Source: Acidobacteriota bacterium (GTDB lineage Bacteria > Acidobacteriota > UBA890 > WLXD01). From it: 64,000 nucleotides of DNA. The notes below the pieces were generated by a model. That model searched no databases. It was not told where the DNA came from and was given only the letters and a program-made list of their open reading frames with translations. Below, piece by piece: positions 28,097 through 43,714 of the stretch; within the stretch, counting starts at the first letter, position 1, and every line of letters starts with the position of its first letter. Made by a program: the position numbers and the translations under genes. The stretch is taken from the NCBI GenBank assembly GCA_963666215.2, contig CAXWPL010000002.1, positions 576,001 through 640,000 on the forward strand, given 5' to 3'.

Positions 28097-29017
28097 CTAT
28101 GCGCCAGTCTCCGGCGCGGCTGGCTGAGCGGCCGGCCGTGCCGTGCCCTCCGGTCTGTCGAGAAGTCCGCCAGATCTCAGTTGCCTCAGCGCCTCCAGCA
28201 GAGCGCGCTCGACGTTGGAGATCGAGCGTTCGTCGCTGCCCAAGAAGATGCGGACGGTGATGCCGTCGCTCGACTTGAAGCTGAACCGCCTTGGACCGCA
28301 CTTTTTGTCCTGCTCATCGTCTCGTGCGCGCCGTTCGGCGAGCGAGCGCTGGTCCCGGACGAGGTGGCGCACCTGGTCGCGTGTCAGCCCGTCTTCAACG
28401 ACCCGGCGCGCGAGGGCCAGCATGACGGCCTCGCTTTCCTGCTTTGCGATCTCCAGGAGAATTGACTTGGTTCGTACGCCGCCGTCTCCGAGAACCTTGC
28501 GGACAGATTCGGGTACGGTCGCGAGCGCCAGCGACTCGGTCACGCTCGTGCGTGACTTGCTCACGCGCAGCGCGACCTCCTCGTGCGTCAGACCAAAGCG
28601 GTCGACCAGAGCCTGAAGTCCCTCGGCCTCCTCGAAGGCCGATAGATCCTGGCGCTGCAGATTCTCGATAAGGGCGACCTCGAGAGTGCGTGCGTCGTCG
28701 AGCTCCAGCACAATGCACGGCACTTCGCGGAGGCCGGCAGCGCGCGCCGCTCGGTAGCGACGCTCTCCAGACACGATCTGGTATTCAACACCGACGCGGC
28801 GCACGAGCAGTGGTTGCAGAACGCCCACGCGACGAATCGAGGCGATCAGCTCATCGAGTCTCTCGAACGTCTTTCTCGGCTGCTCCGGATTGGGTCGAAT
28901 CGCGGCCACGGGGATCGAGCGTCCGATTGCATTCGTGTGCTGCGACGCCAGCTCCTCAACGAAGTGGGCATCGTGCCGCATGCGTGCCGTCGTGGGCAAT
29001 CCGCGCCGACTAGACAC
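28097..29017 (-). CDS. parB: ParB/Spo0J family partition protein
   Basis: PNPEQPRK, GVLQPLLVR, IVSGERRYRAA, ALIENLQRQDL, HTH THEEVALRVSKSRTSVTE. GTG start at 29017. Confidence 0.92.
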   Translation of the reverse strand: MSSRRGLPTTARMRHDAHFVEELASQHTNAIGRSIPVAAIRPNPEQPRKTFERLDELIASIRRVGVLQPLLVRRVGVEYQIVSGERRYRAARAAGLREVPCIVLELDDARTLEVALIENLQRQDLSAFEEAEGLQALVDRFGLTHEEVALRVSKSRTSVTESLALATVPESVRKVLGDGGVRTKSILLEIAKQESEAVMLALARRVVEDGLTRDQVRHLVRDQRSLAERRARDDEQDKKCGPRRFSFKSSDGITVRIFLGSDERSISNVERALLEALRQLRSGGLLDRPEGTARPAAQPAAPETGA

Positions 29018-29804
29018 GGGCAAGGACCTCTTCGCCCAACGCGGCGTACTGGTGTGCGCCGGTCGACTCTGGCGCATGGGCAAAGATGGCTTCTTTGTAG
29101 GCCGGGCTCTCCTCGAGCCGCACGTTCCGCGAGATCATGGTTTCGAACACCTTGTCGCCGAAGACGTTCCGAATCTGGGCGATGACGTCTCTACCCAGAA
29201 CTGTTCGCCGATCGAGCATCGTGATCAGCACCCCGAGGATTTCCAGGTCGGGGTTCACACGTTGCCGTACTCGCTGCACCGTGTCGAGCAGGTCGTCGGT
29301 TCCCTCCATCGCGAGATACGACGATTGGATCGGAATGACCACTCGGGTGGCGGCCACCAACGCGTTGATAGTGAGCAGACCTAGTGTCGGTGGCGTATCA
29401 ATGACCACAAAACGATACGAGGACGCAACAACAGCCAATTTGTCCCTCAGCCGATAGTGTCCGTCGAATTCACCTGCGAGCTTGATCTCCAGCTTGGCGA
29501 GTGAGATCCGTGACGGCGAGACGTCGAGGGTTGGCATCGACGTGGGGAAGATCACGTCGGACATTGCCAAGGCCGGATCGACGAGCGCGTCGTAGACCGT
29601 CCGGTCGAGATCGGTGACATCGAGAAAGGAGATGGAGCTGTGGGCCTGCGGGTCGAGGTCGACGAGGAGTGTGCGCAACCCCTTGCGCGCCAGTGCCGCC
29701 GCGAGGTTAATCGCGGTGGTGGTCTTGCCCACACCGCCCTTCTGATTGGTGACGGCGAGCGTCACCGTCGGTGTGCCCGTGCCGTTGCCGTTGCCTCCCG
29801 ACAT
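29010..29804 (-). CDS. parA: ParA/Soj family ATPase
   Basis: NQKGGVGKTT, DLDPQ, IDTPP, ISRNVRLEESP. Confidence 0.93.
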   Translation of the reverse strand: MSGGNGNGTGTPTVTLAVTNQKGGVGKTTTAINLAAALARKGLRTLLVDLDPQAHSSISFLDVTDLDRTVYDALVDPALAMSDVIFPTSMPTLDVSPSRISLAKLEIKLAGEFDGHYRLRDKLAVVASSYRFVVIDTPPTLGLLTINALVAATRVVIPIQSSYLAMEGTDDLLDTVQRVRQRVNPDLEILGVLITMLDRRTVLGRDVIAQIRNVFGDKVFETMISRNVRLEESPAYKEAIFAHAPESTGAHQYAALGEEVLARV

Positions 29805-29838
29805 CCGCTGCGCCTAATCTGCCGCGGTTCCGCGGCGA

Positions 29839-30324
29839 TTACATCTTGTACTTCGAGAATTCCTCGGGATCGAGGCTTTCGAACCAGCGCCGCAAGCGAT
29901 CTGATTCTGAGGGCGTGCGCTCGTCGTCGGACCGCCGTGCCTGATCGAGAACGGCTTCCTCGACAAAGATCGGGGCGGCTGATCGTACAGCCAGAGCGAG
30001 GGCGTCGCTCGGACGGCAGTCAATCGCATACTCGGAGCCGTTGGCGACGACGTGGATCACCGCGAAATAGGTGTCGTCGCGCAATTCGCTGACGACGATC
30101 TTCTCGATCTTCGCCTCGAAGGTATCAATGAGATTTCGCAGTAGATCGTGCGTCATGGGCCGCGGCGTTTCGATTTCCTCCACCCGCAGCGCGATCGCGT
30201 TGGCCTCGAAGATACCCACCCAAATGGGCAGAACACGGTCTTCCGAATCGTCCTTGAGGATGACGATTGGCATATTTGTTACCGGGTCGACCATGAGCCC
30301 GGAAATCTTCATTTCGATCTGCAA
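29839..30324 (-). CDS. Bifunctional nuclease family protein (DUF151)
   Basis: LPIWVGIFEANAI, RPMTHDL, DCRPSDALALA. Confidence 0.9.
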   Translation of the reverse strand: MQIEMKISGLMVDPVTNMPIVILKDDSEDRVLPIWVGIFEANAIALRVEEIETPRPMTHDLLRNLIDTFEAKIEKIVVSELRDDTYFAVIHVVANGSEYAIDCRPSDALALAVRSAAPIFVEEAVLDQARRSDDERTPSESDRLRRWFESLDPEEFSKYKM

Positions 30325-30455
30325 GACACAACTCCAATGGGAATGCGGGGGACTATACGCGCGGCTCGGAGAGAGGGTCAAGGTTTCGCGGCAAACGCGC
30401 CCACTTCAAGCCGTCCCTCACGATCGCCACGGCGCGACATCGACCCTGAAATCGA

Positions 30456-31898
30456 CTAGCGAGGGGGGCTCACCGCCCGGCCCACCAAGCTGTGGCCGCC
30501 GCTTGAAGTGATGTCGACGTCGACCAGGTGACCCGTCAGCTCGAGGCCGCCGCGCAGGTTGACGATGTGGTTACTCGACGTCCGTCCAGCAACGTCGTCG
30601 GGCGTGCGCTTGCTCGGCCCGTCAACCAGGACCTCGGCGCGACGACCTACCCAGGCCGCGTTGTGACGCTTCTGGATGCTGTCGCCGAGCGCCTGCAGCT
30701 CGATCAGCCGCTCGCGCTTGATCTTGGGCGCTACATCGTCGTCGTAGAGCGTGGCGGCGGTGTCGGGTCGCGGAGAGTACTCGAAGGAATAGAAGGAGTC
30801 GTACTCGACGCGCTCAACGAGCTCCATCGTGGCGCGAAAATCATCGTCTGTCTCGCCAGGAAACCCGACAATCAGGTCGGTCGAGAGACCGACTCCGGGA
30901 ATCGTCCGACGGAGCTGCTCAACCTGTTCCAGGTAGGAGCCCTGGGTGTAGTGGCGGTTCATCTGCTGCAACACACGGTCGGAGCCAGATTGCACGGGCA
31001 GATGCAGATGCCTGGCGACGCTGGTGCAGCGCCCCATCACGTTGATCAGCTCGGGCGACAGGTCTTTCGGGTGCGAAGTCAGAAAGCGCACCCGTGCGAT
31101 GCCTCCCGGCGCGGCATCGGAAGCCAGCAGGCGATCGATCGCCTCGAGCAAACCGGCGAAGCCCATCCCGGTTTCGGGATCGAGCCAGGAGTTGACGTTC
31201 TGCCCGAGCAGGGTGATCTCGCGGTAGCCGCGAATGCTGAGACCGCGAATCTCGTCGAGAATCGCCTCGGCGCTGCGGTAAATCTCCAGGCCGCGTGTGG
31301 TTGGCACGATACAGAAGGAGCAGTAGTTGTTGCATCCCTCCATGATCGTGACGAACGCCTTGACGTGATCTTGCCGCTTGGCGGTCGGGGCTTCGAACTC
31401 CACCAGGTCGTCGGTGAGAACCTGGCTCCCCTCCCCCTCTTGCGCACGACGGAGCACGTCGGGCAGCGCGTGAATTGCGCGCGTGCCGATGACAAAGTCG
31501 ACGCTGCCTTCACGTTCGACGATCTCGCTGCCGCGCTGCTGGGCGATGCAGCCGGTCACACCGATCAAGGGCGTGTGCGCGCTTGGCCCGTCCTTCAAAC
31601 CGCGGAGCCGGCCAAGCTGCGAAAACAGCTTGTCCTCGCCGCGCTCGCGCACGCTGCAGGTGTTCACCAGAATCACGTCCGCATCTTGCGGGTCGGTGGC
31701 CTCCTGGTAGCCCATCTCGTCGAGGAGCCCGGCATAGATCTCCGAGTCGTGGACGTTCATCTGGCAGCCGTACGTCTTGATCCAGTAGCGACGTTGCCGC
31801 GAATCGGCCCCTGCGGAATCGGGTGTGGCTACCGACGAATCGCGCTCGGGCGGAGAATCCCCGGAGATCGCGCGCGTGCCAGATGACGGTGTCGACAT
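30456..31898 (-). CDS. miaB: tRNA-2-methylthio-N6-dimethylallyladenosine synthase
   Basis: [17 protein letters not shown], CxxxCxxC (GCNNYCSFC), [20 protein letters not shown] domain. Confidence 0.95.
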   Translation of the reverse strand: MSTPSSGTRAISGDSPPERDSSVATPDSAGADSRQRRYWIKTYGCQMNVHDSEIYAGLLDEMGYQEATDPQDADVILVNTCSVRERGEDKLFSQLGRLRGLKDGPSAHTPLIGVTGCIAQQRGSEIVEREGSVDFVIGTRAIHALPDVLRRAQEGEGSQVLTDDLVEFEAPTAKRQDHVKAFVTIMEGCNNYCSFCIVPTTRGLEIYRSAEAILDEIRGLSIRGYREITLLGQNVNSWLDPETGMGFAGLLEAIDRLLASDAAPGGIARVRFLTSHPKDLSPELINVMGRCTSVARHLHLPVQSGSDRVLQQMNRHYTQGSYLEQVEQLRRTIPGVGLSTDLIVGFPGETDDDFRATMELVERVEYDSFYSFEYSPRPDTAATLYDDDVAPKIKRERLIELQALGDSIQKRHNAAWVGRRAEVLVDGPSKRTPDDVAGRTSSNHIVNLRGGLELTGHLVDVDITSSGGHSLVGRAVSPPR

Positions 31899-32027
31899 GC
31901 TCGGGCGGACCGATGTGGTTTGCTTGCGGGCGGAGACGATCGCCTGATCCGTCTACCGCGGATGGAGCCGCTGAGTATAGCAGCGGCGAGAGACCAGATC
32001 GGCGCAGCCAAAAGGGGCTTTGGGACA

Positions 32028-32720
32028 GTGAGCGAGCCAGGACTGTTCGACGGTATCGACATCGTGCCGGGGCCCGAGACCGCGGGGGGCCGGTTACCGT
32101 CGCTCATTCTGTGGGGCCCACCGGGCGTGGGCAAAACCACGATCGCTCGAATCCTTTCCGGGGCCGGAACCGGAGCTGCACCGTCGCGCGGACCCGATCC
32201 GGCTGCATCGGCGGATTCCCGCCAGCGCTCGCGGCCACGCTTCGTCGAGTTGTCGGCCACCTCCAGCGGCGTACGGCAGGTCCGTGAAGTGATCGAGGGT
32301 GCACGCAGCTATGCACAACGTTACCGGGGTGCAGATGGCGCTCCCGGTCGCACGATCCTGTTCATCGACGAGATTCATCGCTTCAACAAGTCGCAGCAGG
32401 ACGCGCTCCTGCAGGCCGTCGAGAGCGGCACGATCACACTCATCGGCGCGACGACAGAAAACCCGTCGTTCGAGGTGGTTTCACCGCTGCTGTCGCGCTG
32501 CCGAGTTGTGCGGCTCGAAGGTCTGGCGGCCGAGGACATTCAGGCGCTGCTGTCTCGCGCGCTCGCGGCGCCGGCACCGCGCGGGCTGGCCGGGCGCAAC
32601 GTCGAAGTGTCCGACGAGATCGTCCGGCGCATCGCGGCGAGCTCCGACGGAGATGCGCGGTTCGCCCTGACCACGCTCGAGCTCGCCGTCGAGATCGCGG
32701 CTGTTTCCGCGGCCGCGGAA
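32028..32720 (+). pseudogene. rarA: RarA/MgsA AAA+ ATPase, truncated, with an internal deletion
   Basis: [46 protein letters not shown]. The N-terminal PLA.RMRP segment and the whole C-terminal half are missing. Confidence 0.8.
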
Positions 32721-34476
32721 GCGGCGCACCGCGCGCCGGACAGCGTCGATCATCGCCTCGGGCGAAGCCGGCGCCGTGCTCGGGCCGTCAACGTCACCTT
32801 CACGTAGCGCTGCAAGCAAGCGGTCGATTCCGAACGACTCGTCGCACGCGTCCGCCGTGTCCGTAAGGCCGTCCGTGAAGAAGGCGAGGCTCTCGTTCCC
32901 CGTCAGCTGAACCCGATGAGTCGCGTACTCGCTGTCTGCGAACAGGTCCAGCGGCAGGCCGCCGCCGTAAAGATACTCGGTTCGCGATCTACCGAGTCGT
33001 ACCGGCGGAAGATGGCCGGCGTTGCAGTACAGGAGCTCGCCCGAGCGCCGATCGAGCAGCGAGAAAACAGCGGCGACGTACTGGTTTGCCGGGCTCGCCT
33101 CGTAGATCAGATGATTGAGGCGCGTGCACAACGCCGCTGGGTCAACGTTGGGCCCTACCAACAGCCGCACACCGGTTCGAACGGAGGCCATCAGCAACGC
33201 CGCCGAGAGCCCGTGGCCCGAGACGTCGGCAAGAACCAGGAGAACCCGATTCTCGTCAACCTCGATGGCGTCGAAGTAGTCGCCGCCCACTGCGCTCGAG
33301 GGCACATTGACGCCGGCGGCCTCGAAGTCCGGCAGGCGCAGCGGCTCGGACGGCAAGAGACTGAGTTGAATCTCACGAGAAAGCTCGAGATCGCGCTGGA
33401 ATTGTGCGTGCGCCAGCGTCCTTCCGTGGAGCCGTGCGGTGAGGATTGGCGAGGCCACCTGCGAGGCGATCAGCTCGGCGACTCGCAGGTCGCGCTCGCC
33501 GTAGAACGCTGGCGTGTCCGACTCCAGGTTCACCACGCCGATCGTCTGTCCGCCGCTGACAATCGGCACCGCCATCTCCGACTGCGTTGTTGGCCGCGCC
33601 TCTACATAGTCGGGATGGTCCGCCACCTGATCGATCATGTGGCCGCGGGAGGTTCTCAAGGTCAGACGAACGATGCCGCTCTCTTCGCCCAAGATTCCGG
33701 CGCTTACCTGATCCGGCGGGTAGCCTCGCTGCGCAGCCGCTCGCAGCTCGCCCGTGTCTTCGTCGACGAGAAAAATCGCCGCCGCATCGAAGGGGACGAC
33801 CTGCAGGAGCCCGTCGAAGACCTCCTGCAGCACGCTGTCGAGCTCGAGCGTGCGGCCGATCTCGCGGCTCACCTGCAGTAGCAGCTCGCGCTCAGCGACG
33901 TCCAGAGTGAGCTCGCGGAGCAGTGAGTCGTTCTCGGCCGCGATCACGATGTCGTTGGTGGCCGCCTCGAGAAGCTCTTGATCCGACTCGTCGAAGCCCT
34001 CGGCGCGCTCGCGAATCGCCGCGAGAAGTCCCACAACCTCCCGCCGCCGCCGCAGTGGCACGAGCAGCAGGGCTCGAGTCTGTACACCAAAAGCGTGCTC
34101 CAACGTGTGCCCGTACTTCTGCGTCGGTACGCGCGTCCTCGAGGCGTAGGGAGAGCCCCTCACGCCGCACCCGTGCACCGAGGCCGCGGTCCGTGCGCAA
34201 CAGCGCAGTCTCCACCGCCCCGCCGTCCTTGCGCACAAACGACGCACAAAGGTCGTCTCGCTTTGCCGACGGCGCTGCCAGGCACAGCGACATCGCGTCG
34301 TCATCCAGGTGTTCGGCGAGCTGGCGCAGCACACTTTCGAGCTGGGTCCGCAGGTCGGTCTCGTCGTCGAACGTGGTGGAGATTCGTCGAAGCAGTCGAA
34401 GTCGCTCGCGGGTGCCGTCCAGGTGAAGGGCAACGCTGCCGCTCGCAGCAGGGGTCGCAGGTGTATCGGGCGGCAT
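32700..34476 (-). pseudogene. Tandem-GAF plus SpoIIE/PP2C phosphatase (RsbU-like), frameshifted near 34120 and 3'-truncated
   Basis: GAF motifs, EIQLSLLP, VGGDYFD, ADVSGHG, NAGH, FTDGLTD. The final DD(I/L)T motif is absent. The N-terminus is in ORF 33892..34476. Confidence 0.8.
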
Positions 34477-34553
34477 GATGTCAGGCGTGTCTCACGTGGG
34501 CTGTTGGATGGCACCCGATGACGCAATGCGTCGACAGCGTCCGGGCGACGGGC

Positions 34554-37127
<2,574 letters not shown>

Positions 37128-37278
37128 GAACGTCTTGCCTCACGACGGGCGGGGCTCGGAGAGCGGGGCCCTCGTTAGGAGAGTGGTGCCTGGACTGATC
37201 GTAACTCGGCGGCCCACGCACGACCTGCACGGCGGGCGTCTCCTCCGAGACAAATCGACGGCTGGCTCTACTTGATCG

Positions 37279-38491
37279 CTACTTGGAGTCGGCCTCGGGC
37301 CGCGAACGAGGCTCGTAGGGGCGTTTCTCTTGGAGCTCCCGCATCAAGCGCTTGACCTCCGAATCGATCGGCGGCATTTCAACGGCAACCCGTACGACGA
37401 GGTCTCCTCGAACGGCGGAATTAGAGGGATTGGAGCCGGAGCGCTTCACCGGGCGTTTGACAAGCCCCTGCCCACGCACTCGGAGTAGCTGCTCGTTACG
37501 GGTGCCCTCGGGAAGGTTGATTCGAGTTGTTCCATTCAGCGTCGGTACAGTCACCGGGCCGCCAAGGACCGCCTCGTAGACCGTGACCGGGAGTGTCGTA
37601 CGCAGGTCGTTGCCGCGAACTTCGAAACGTGGGTGGGGCTGCTACTTGGAGTCGGCCTCGGGCCGCGAACGAGGCTCGTAACGCATCAAGCGCTTGACCT
37701 CGAATCGATCGGCGGCATTTCAACGGCAACCCGACAGCAATCTCGACGTTGAGGTCCCCCGCCGGCCTGCCGCCGCTCGCCGGGTTGCCCTTGCCCTTGA
37801 CGCGCACGCGACTGCCGTCGCGCACACCGGCAGGAACACGAACCCTCGTCGTTTGCCGATGCAGCTCCTCGCCGCTGCCCTTGCAGTGACTGCAGCCCGC
37901 GCCGCCGCAAGAAGTGCACATCGCTGGCTGACGGTAGGCGATGGTCTTTTCCACTCCCGCCACGGCATCCTCGAGCGTGAGCTGCAACCGCACAGTGACA
38001 TTGCGGCCGTCCTTCCCCTGTGGAGTACGGGGCCCCGGGCTTGGGCCGCTCGCTGCCGGCCGAGGAGGTGCGTCGCCAAAAGGCCCCGCGCCTCTGCCGC
38101 CGGCCCCACCGAGAAGGCCCTCGAGCAAATCGTCGAGGTTCCCCACACCGCCTCGCGCCCCTGCCGCCCCCGACCCACGGATCCCACCAACGCGGAAGCC
38201 TCCCAGTCCGCCGCCCAAAAACTGCCCGAACTGGGCAGCGAAATCGGAAGGGTCGAACTGCTGCGCGAACGCCTCTGGGCCCACGCTGTCGTACTTGCGC
38301 CGGCGTTCTGGGTCGCCAAGGACGTGGTAGGCCTCAGACACGGCCTTGAAGCGTTCTTCGGCGCCTGCATCGCCCGGATTCACATCCGGGTGGAGCTTCC
38401 GCGCGAGCTTGCGGTAGGCACGCTTGATCTCCTCTTGTGGCGCCGACTTGTCGACGCCGAGCGCGGAGTAGTAGTCCTTGCGCGTGGCCAA
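37279..38491 (-). CDS. dnaJ: DnaJ-class co-chaperone (CbpA-like), disrupted by an internal duplicated segment
   Basis: [12 protein letters not shown] motif, G/F region, one CxxCxGxG pair, [16 protein letters not shown]-terminal domain. TTG start at 38491. Confidence 0.8.
37641..37733. repeat. Displaced imperfect copy of 37278-37392 (dnaJ 3' end)
   Basis: Both places read gctacttggagtcggcctcgggccgcgaacgaggctcgta...cgcatcaagcgcttgacctc...aacggcaacccg. The copy lacks about 22 bp. Confidence 0.9.
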
Positions 38492-38492
38492 G

Positions 38493-41167
<2,675 letters not shown>

Positions 41168-41171
<4 letters not shown>

Positions 41172-41932
41172 CTGGTCGCTCCTGCTCTTGCTGACGCTCT
41201 TTGTACCGTCGTTGTCGCCCTGCCGATCCGAATCTGTGCCACCACCGGCCCCAATAAGTCGTACCCCGTGGCGCTCTCGCGCCCGCTCACGAGCTCCAGC
41301 GTCCCCGCGCTTGCGCCACTGCCGACTCGCGTGGTGCGCAACAGATGGCTGCCCGCTCCACCCCGCGCCTGCGCCACCACCAGGTCGTCACGCCGTAGCG
41401 CCGCCGACGGGTCGACAACCAACAGATCGCCACTGCCAACTCCATGTGGAAGTTGCTCGGCGCGATTCGACACCACTCGGACGACGATCGACCCGCGTGG
41501 TGCCAACCGTTCGTCGAGCTGGAGACTGTCGGTGGGGTCGCCGACCGATCGCAGTCGGTCCTGGCTCGGTACGTCCCCGAGCACCGGAATCAGCCGCACC
41601 CGCGGGCTTTGCAGATTGCCCTGAGCGGACGCCCCTCTCTCGGCCAGTCGCTCGGCGCGCGTTGCTCCGTGTTCGCCCCTGGCACGGGTCTTGGTTCGAC
41701 CCGTGGAGGCGCCCTGTTTAACGATCGTGAGCTGAATGCCGCGCGAAATCCCCGCCCGGCGGCGGATGAAACCCTTGCGTTCAATGGCCTTGAGATGGTC
41801 GGAAATGCCCGCCACCGAGCGCAGATCGAAGGCCCGGGCGATCTCGACCAGGCTTGGCGGTAGACCCTTGTTGCGGACTTGCCGCACGATGAACTGATAG
41901 ATCTCGTGCTGCCGCTGAGTTAGGCGTTGCAT
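41168..41932 (-). CDS. lexA: LexA-like repressor with a degenerate, apparently non-catalytic S24 domain
   Basis: LTQRQHEIYQFI...PPSLVEIARAFDLRSVAGISDHLKAIERKGFIRR...RGI is a LexA wHTH. The C-terminal IPVLG, GDLLVV, DLVVA and LGPVVAQIR scaffold lacks the AG site and the Ser/Lys residues. Confidence 0.75.
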
Positions 41933-41939
41933 GTCCGCC

Positions 41940-41966
41940 ATTATACCGAACATTTGTTCGGTATAA
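41940..41966 (-). promoter_or_regulatory. lexA promoter/operator: TATAAT -10 overlapped by a 26-bp palindrome containing CGAAC-N4-GTTCG
   Basis: ttataccgaaca-tt-tgttcggtataa at 41941-41966. TATAAT (minus strand, 41945-41940) lies 7 nt before ATG 41932. Confidence 0.85.
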
Positions 41967-41979
41967 AAGCCTTGTTCAG

Positions 41980-42639
41980 CTACCGCATAACCACGGTCTC
42001 GGGCCCTTGTGCCTGGAGCCAGGGGCAGATGTCGGCCAACGAGCAGCGACGGCACTCCGGCTTGCGGGCTTTGCACAGATAACGCCCATGCCAGATGAAC
42101 AGGCGCGAGATATCGGCCCAACTCGATTCTGGGTAGAGCTCCTGAAGCCGATTCTCCACCTGCAGGGGGTCGGTGGTGGCTGCCAGGCCCAATCGGTGGC
42201 TGACGCGCTTGCAGTGCGTGTCGACGGCGATTCCAGGAAGACCGAACGCGACCGCTCGGATAACGTTGGCTGTCTTGCGGCCGACGCCGGGAAGCGCGGT
42301 GAGGTCTTCCATGCCTGTCGGCACCTCACCGTCGTGATGTTTGAGCAGAAGCTTGCCGCAACCGATCAGGCGTTTCGCCTTCTGCCGGAAGAAGCCTGTC
42401 GCGTGGACATCCTCCTCGAGCTCTGAGAGGTCCGCATCGGCGTACGACTGCGCGTCCGGGTACTTGGCAAACAGCTCCGGGGTCACCAGATTCACGCGCT
42501 TGTCGGTGGATTGGGCGGAGAGAATCGTCGCAATCAGCAGTTGCAGCGGCGTCTCGTAGTCGAGCTCAACGCGGGCGTCGAGATGCTGGGCGCTCAGCCG
42601 TTCGAGGATCTCGGCGGCCCGGTCGGTGTCGGGGGCCAT
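41980..42639 (-). CDS. nth: Endonuclease III
   Basis: LLIATILSAQSTD, HhH motif LPGVGRKTANV, VDTH, CKARKPECRRCSLADIC. Confidence 0.95.
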   Translation of the reverse strand: MAPDTDRAAEILERLSAQHLDARVELDYETPLQLLIATILSAQSTDKRVNLVTPELFAKYPDAQSYADADLSELEEDVHATGFFRQKAKRLIGCGKLLLKHHDGEVPTGMEDLTALPGVGRKTANVIRAVAFGLPGIAVDTHCKRVSHRLGLAATTDPLQVENRLQELYPESSWADISRLFIWHGRYLCKARKPECRRCSLADICPWLQAQGPETVVMR

Positions 42640-42706
42640 CTACGACCTCCATCTTACTGGCACCAGGCGTCAGGCTGACCGGATGGTGCATGGGGCCACT
42701 TGGGAA

Positions 42707-43714
42707 TCAGGCGGCCGATACCGCCGACAGCTCGCGTGGTTCCGGGGCGCCATCTGGCCGGATCGCCGCCAGCGACCCCGGCTGGGTCATCGGCACCTCG
42801 CCGAGCATACGGCAGAATCCGCAGATCTCCACCGGCGATGGCATGCGGCAGCGGCGGCAGTATGCGAGAGGGATCTCGTCTCCGAGGTCAGGCCCTTGGA
42901 AGAGCGCTCGCTGCCGCAGGTAGCCGTCGAAGAAGCGTCGCTTCGAGCCGTGCGCCGCCACTTCGAGCTGGTTGAGCAGCTCCTTGTGAAGGATCGATGT
43001 AGCGCCGACCGAGTTCGGGCACTCCTCGTGGTAGTAGGGAATGCCCCCGAGGAAGGCGTACATCGCTGTCTCTCGCTCAGTGAAGTAGCAGAACGGCTTG
43101 ATCTTCTTCATCAAGCGGTCGCCGCGTTGCACAGAGAGAGGCGACTGTTTCGATAGGTAGTAGGTGTCCCACGACAGCACGTTGCCGAAGAGTGCAGCCA
43201 CCTCGTCGTCAAGATTGTGGCCGGTGGCAACGCAGTCGTAGCCTCCCTCGAAGGCGACGCGGTTCATGACGTAACGCTTGACGACGCCGCAGGCCGAGCA
43301 GATGGGCCTCGAGCCCCGGCTGACGTCCGGGACCGTGCGCTCGATCATGGTTCGAAGGTCAACGACCCAAAGCGGTCGGTCGAGATCGACAGCCAGCTGC
43401 CGGACGTAGTCGGTTGACTTCGCCGAGTAGCCCTCCCCGGGGGCGGCGCCTTGGCCATCGTCGTCGATTCCCAGGTCGATCACCAAGCCGTCGGCCTGAT
43501 AGCCGAGGTCGACCAATACGCGCCACAGCGCCTGACTGTCTTTGCCACCCGACACGGCAACCAGAATGCGCTCGTCGCGCCGCAGCATCCCGAACTTACG
43601 GATAGCCTTCTTGGTGTAGCTTGGAAACCAATCGAGGTAGCAAGGCTGGCAGAGTGCCATGCGATGCTGCGGGATCTCGGCCACAGCTCGGTCGCTGCAC
43701 AACTTGCACCTCAT
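42707..43714 (-). CDS. ttuA: TtuA-like tRNA 2-thiolase (TIGR00269/Ncs6 type)
   Basis: N-terminal Zn finger CKLC...H..LCQPC, SGGKDS, CSACGVVKRY, TGHNLDDE, ECP, C-terminal CRRC...CGFC. Confidence 0.85.
   Translation of the reverse strand: MRCKLCSDRAVAEIPQHRMALCQPCYLDWFPSYTKKAIRKFGMLRRDERILVAVSGGKDSQALWRVLVDLGYQADGLVIDLGIDDDGQGAAPGEGYSAKSTDYVRQLAVDLDRPLWVVDLRTMIERTVPDVSRGSRPICSACGVVKRYVMNRVAFEGGYDCVATGHNLDDEVAALFGNVLSWDTYYLSKQSPLSVQRGDRLMKKIKPFCYFTERETAMYAFLGGIPYYHEECPNSVGATSILHKELLNQLEVAAHGSKRRFFDGYLRQRALFQGPDLGDEIPLAYCRRCRMPSPVEICGFCRMLGEVPMTQPGSLAAIRPDGAPEPRELSAVSAA

Noticed and set aside
32481-32700. Apparent long overlap between the SpoIIE ORF and the rarA ORF as a real overlapping gene pair
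   Set aside because: Each ORF simply reads through into the antisense of the other after the junction at about 32712.
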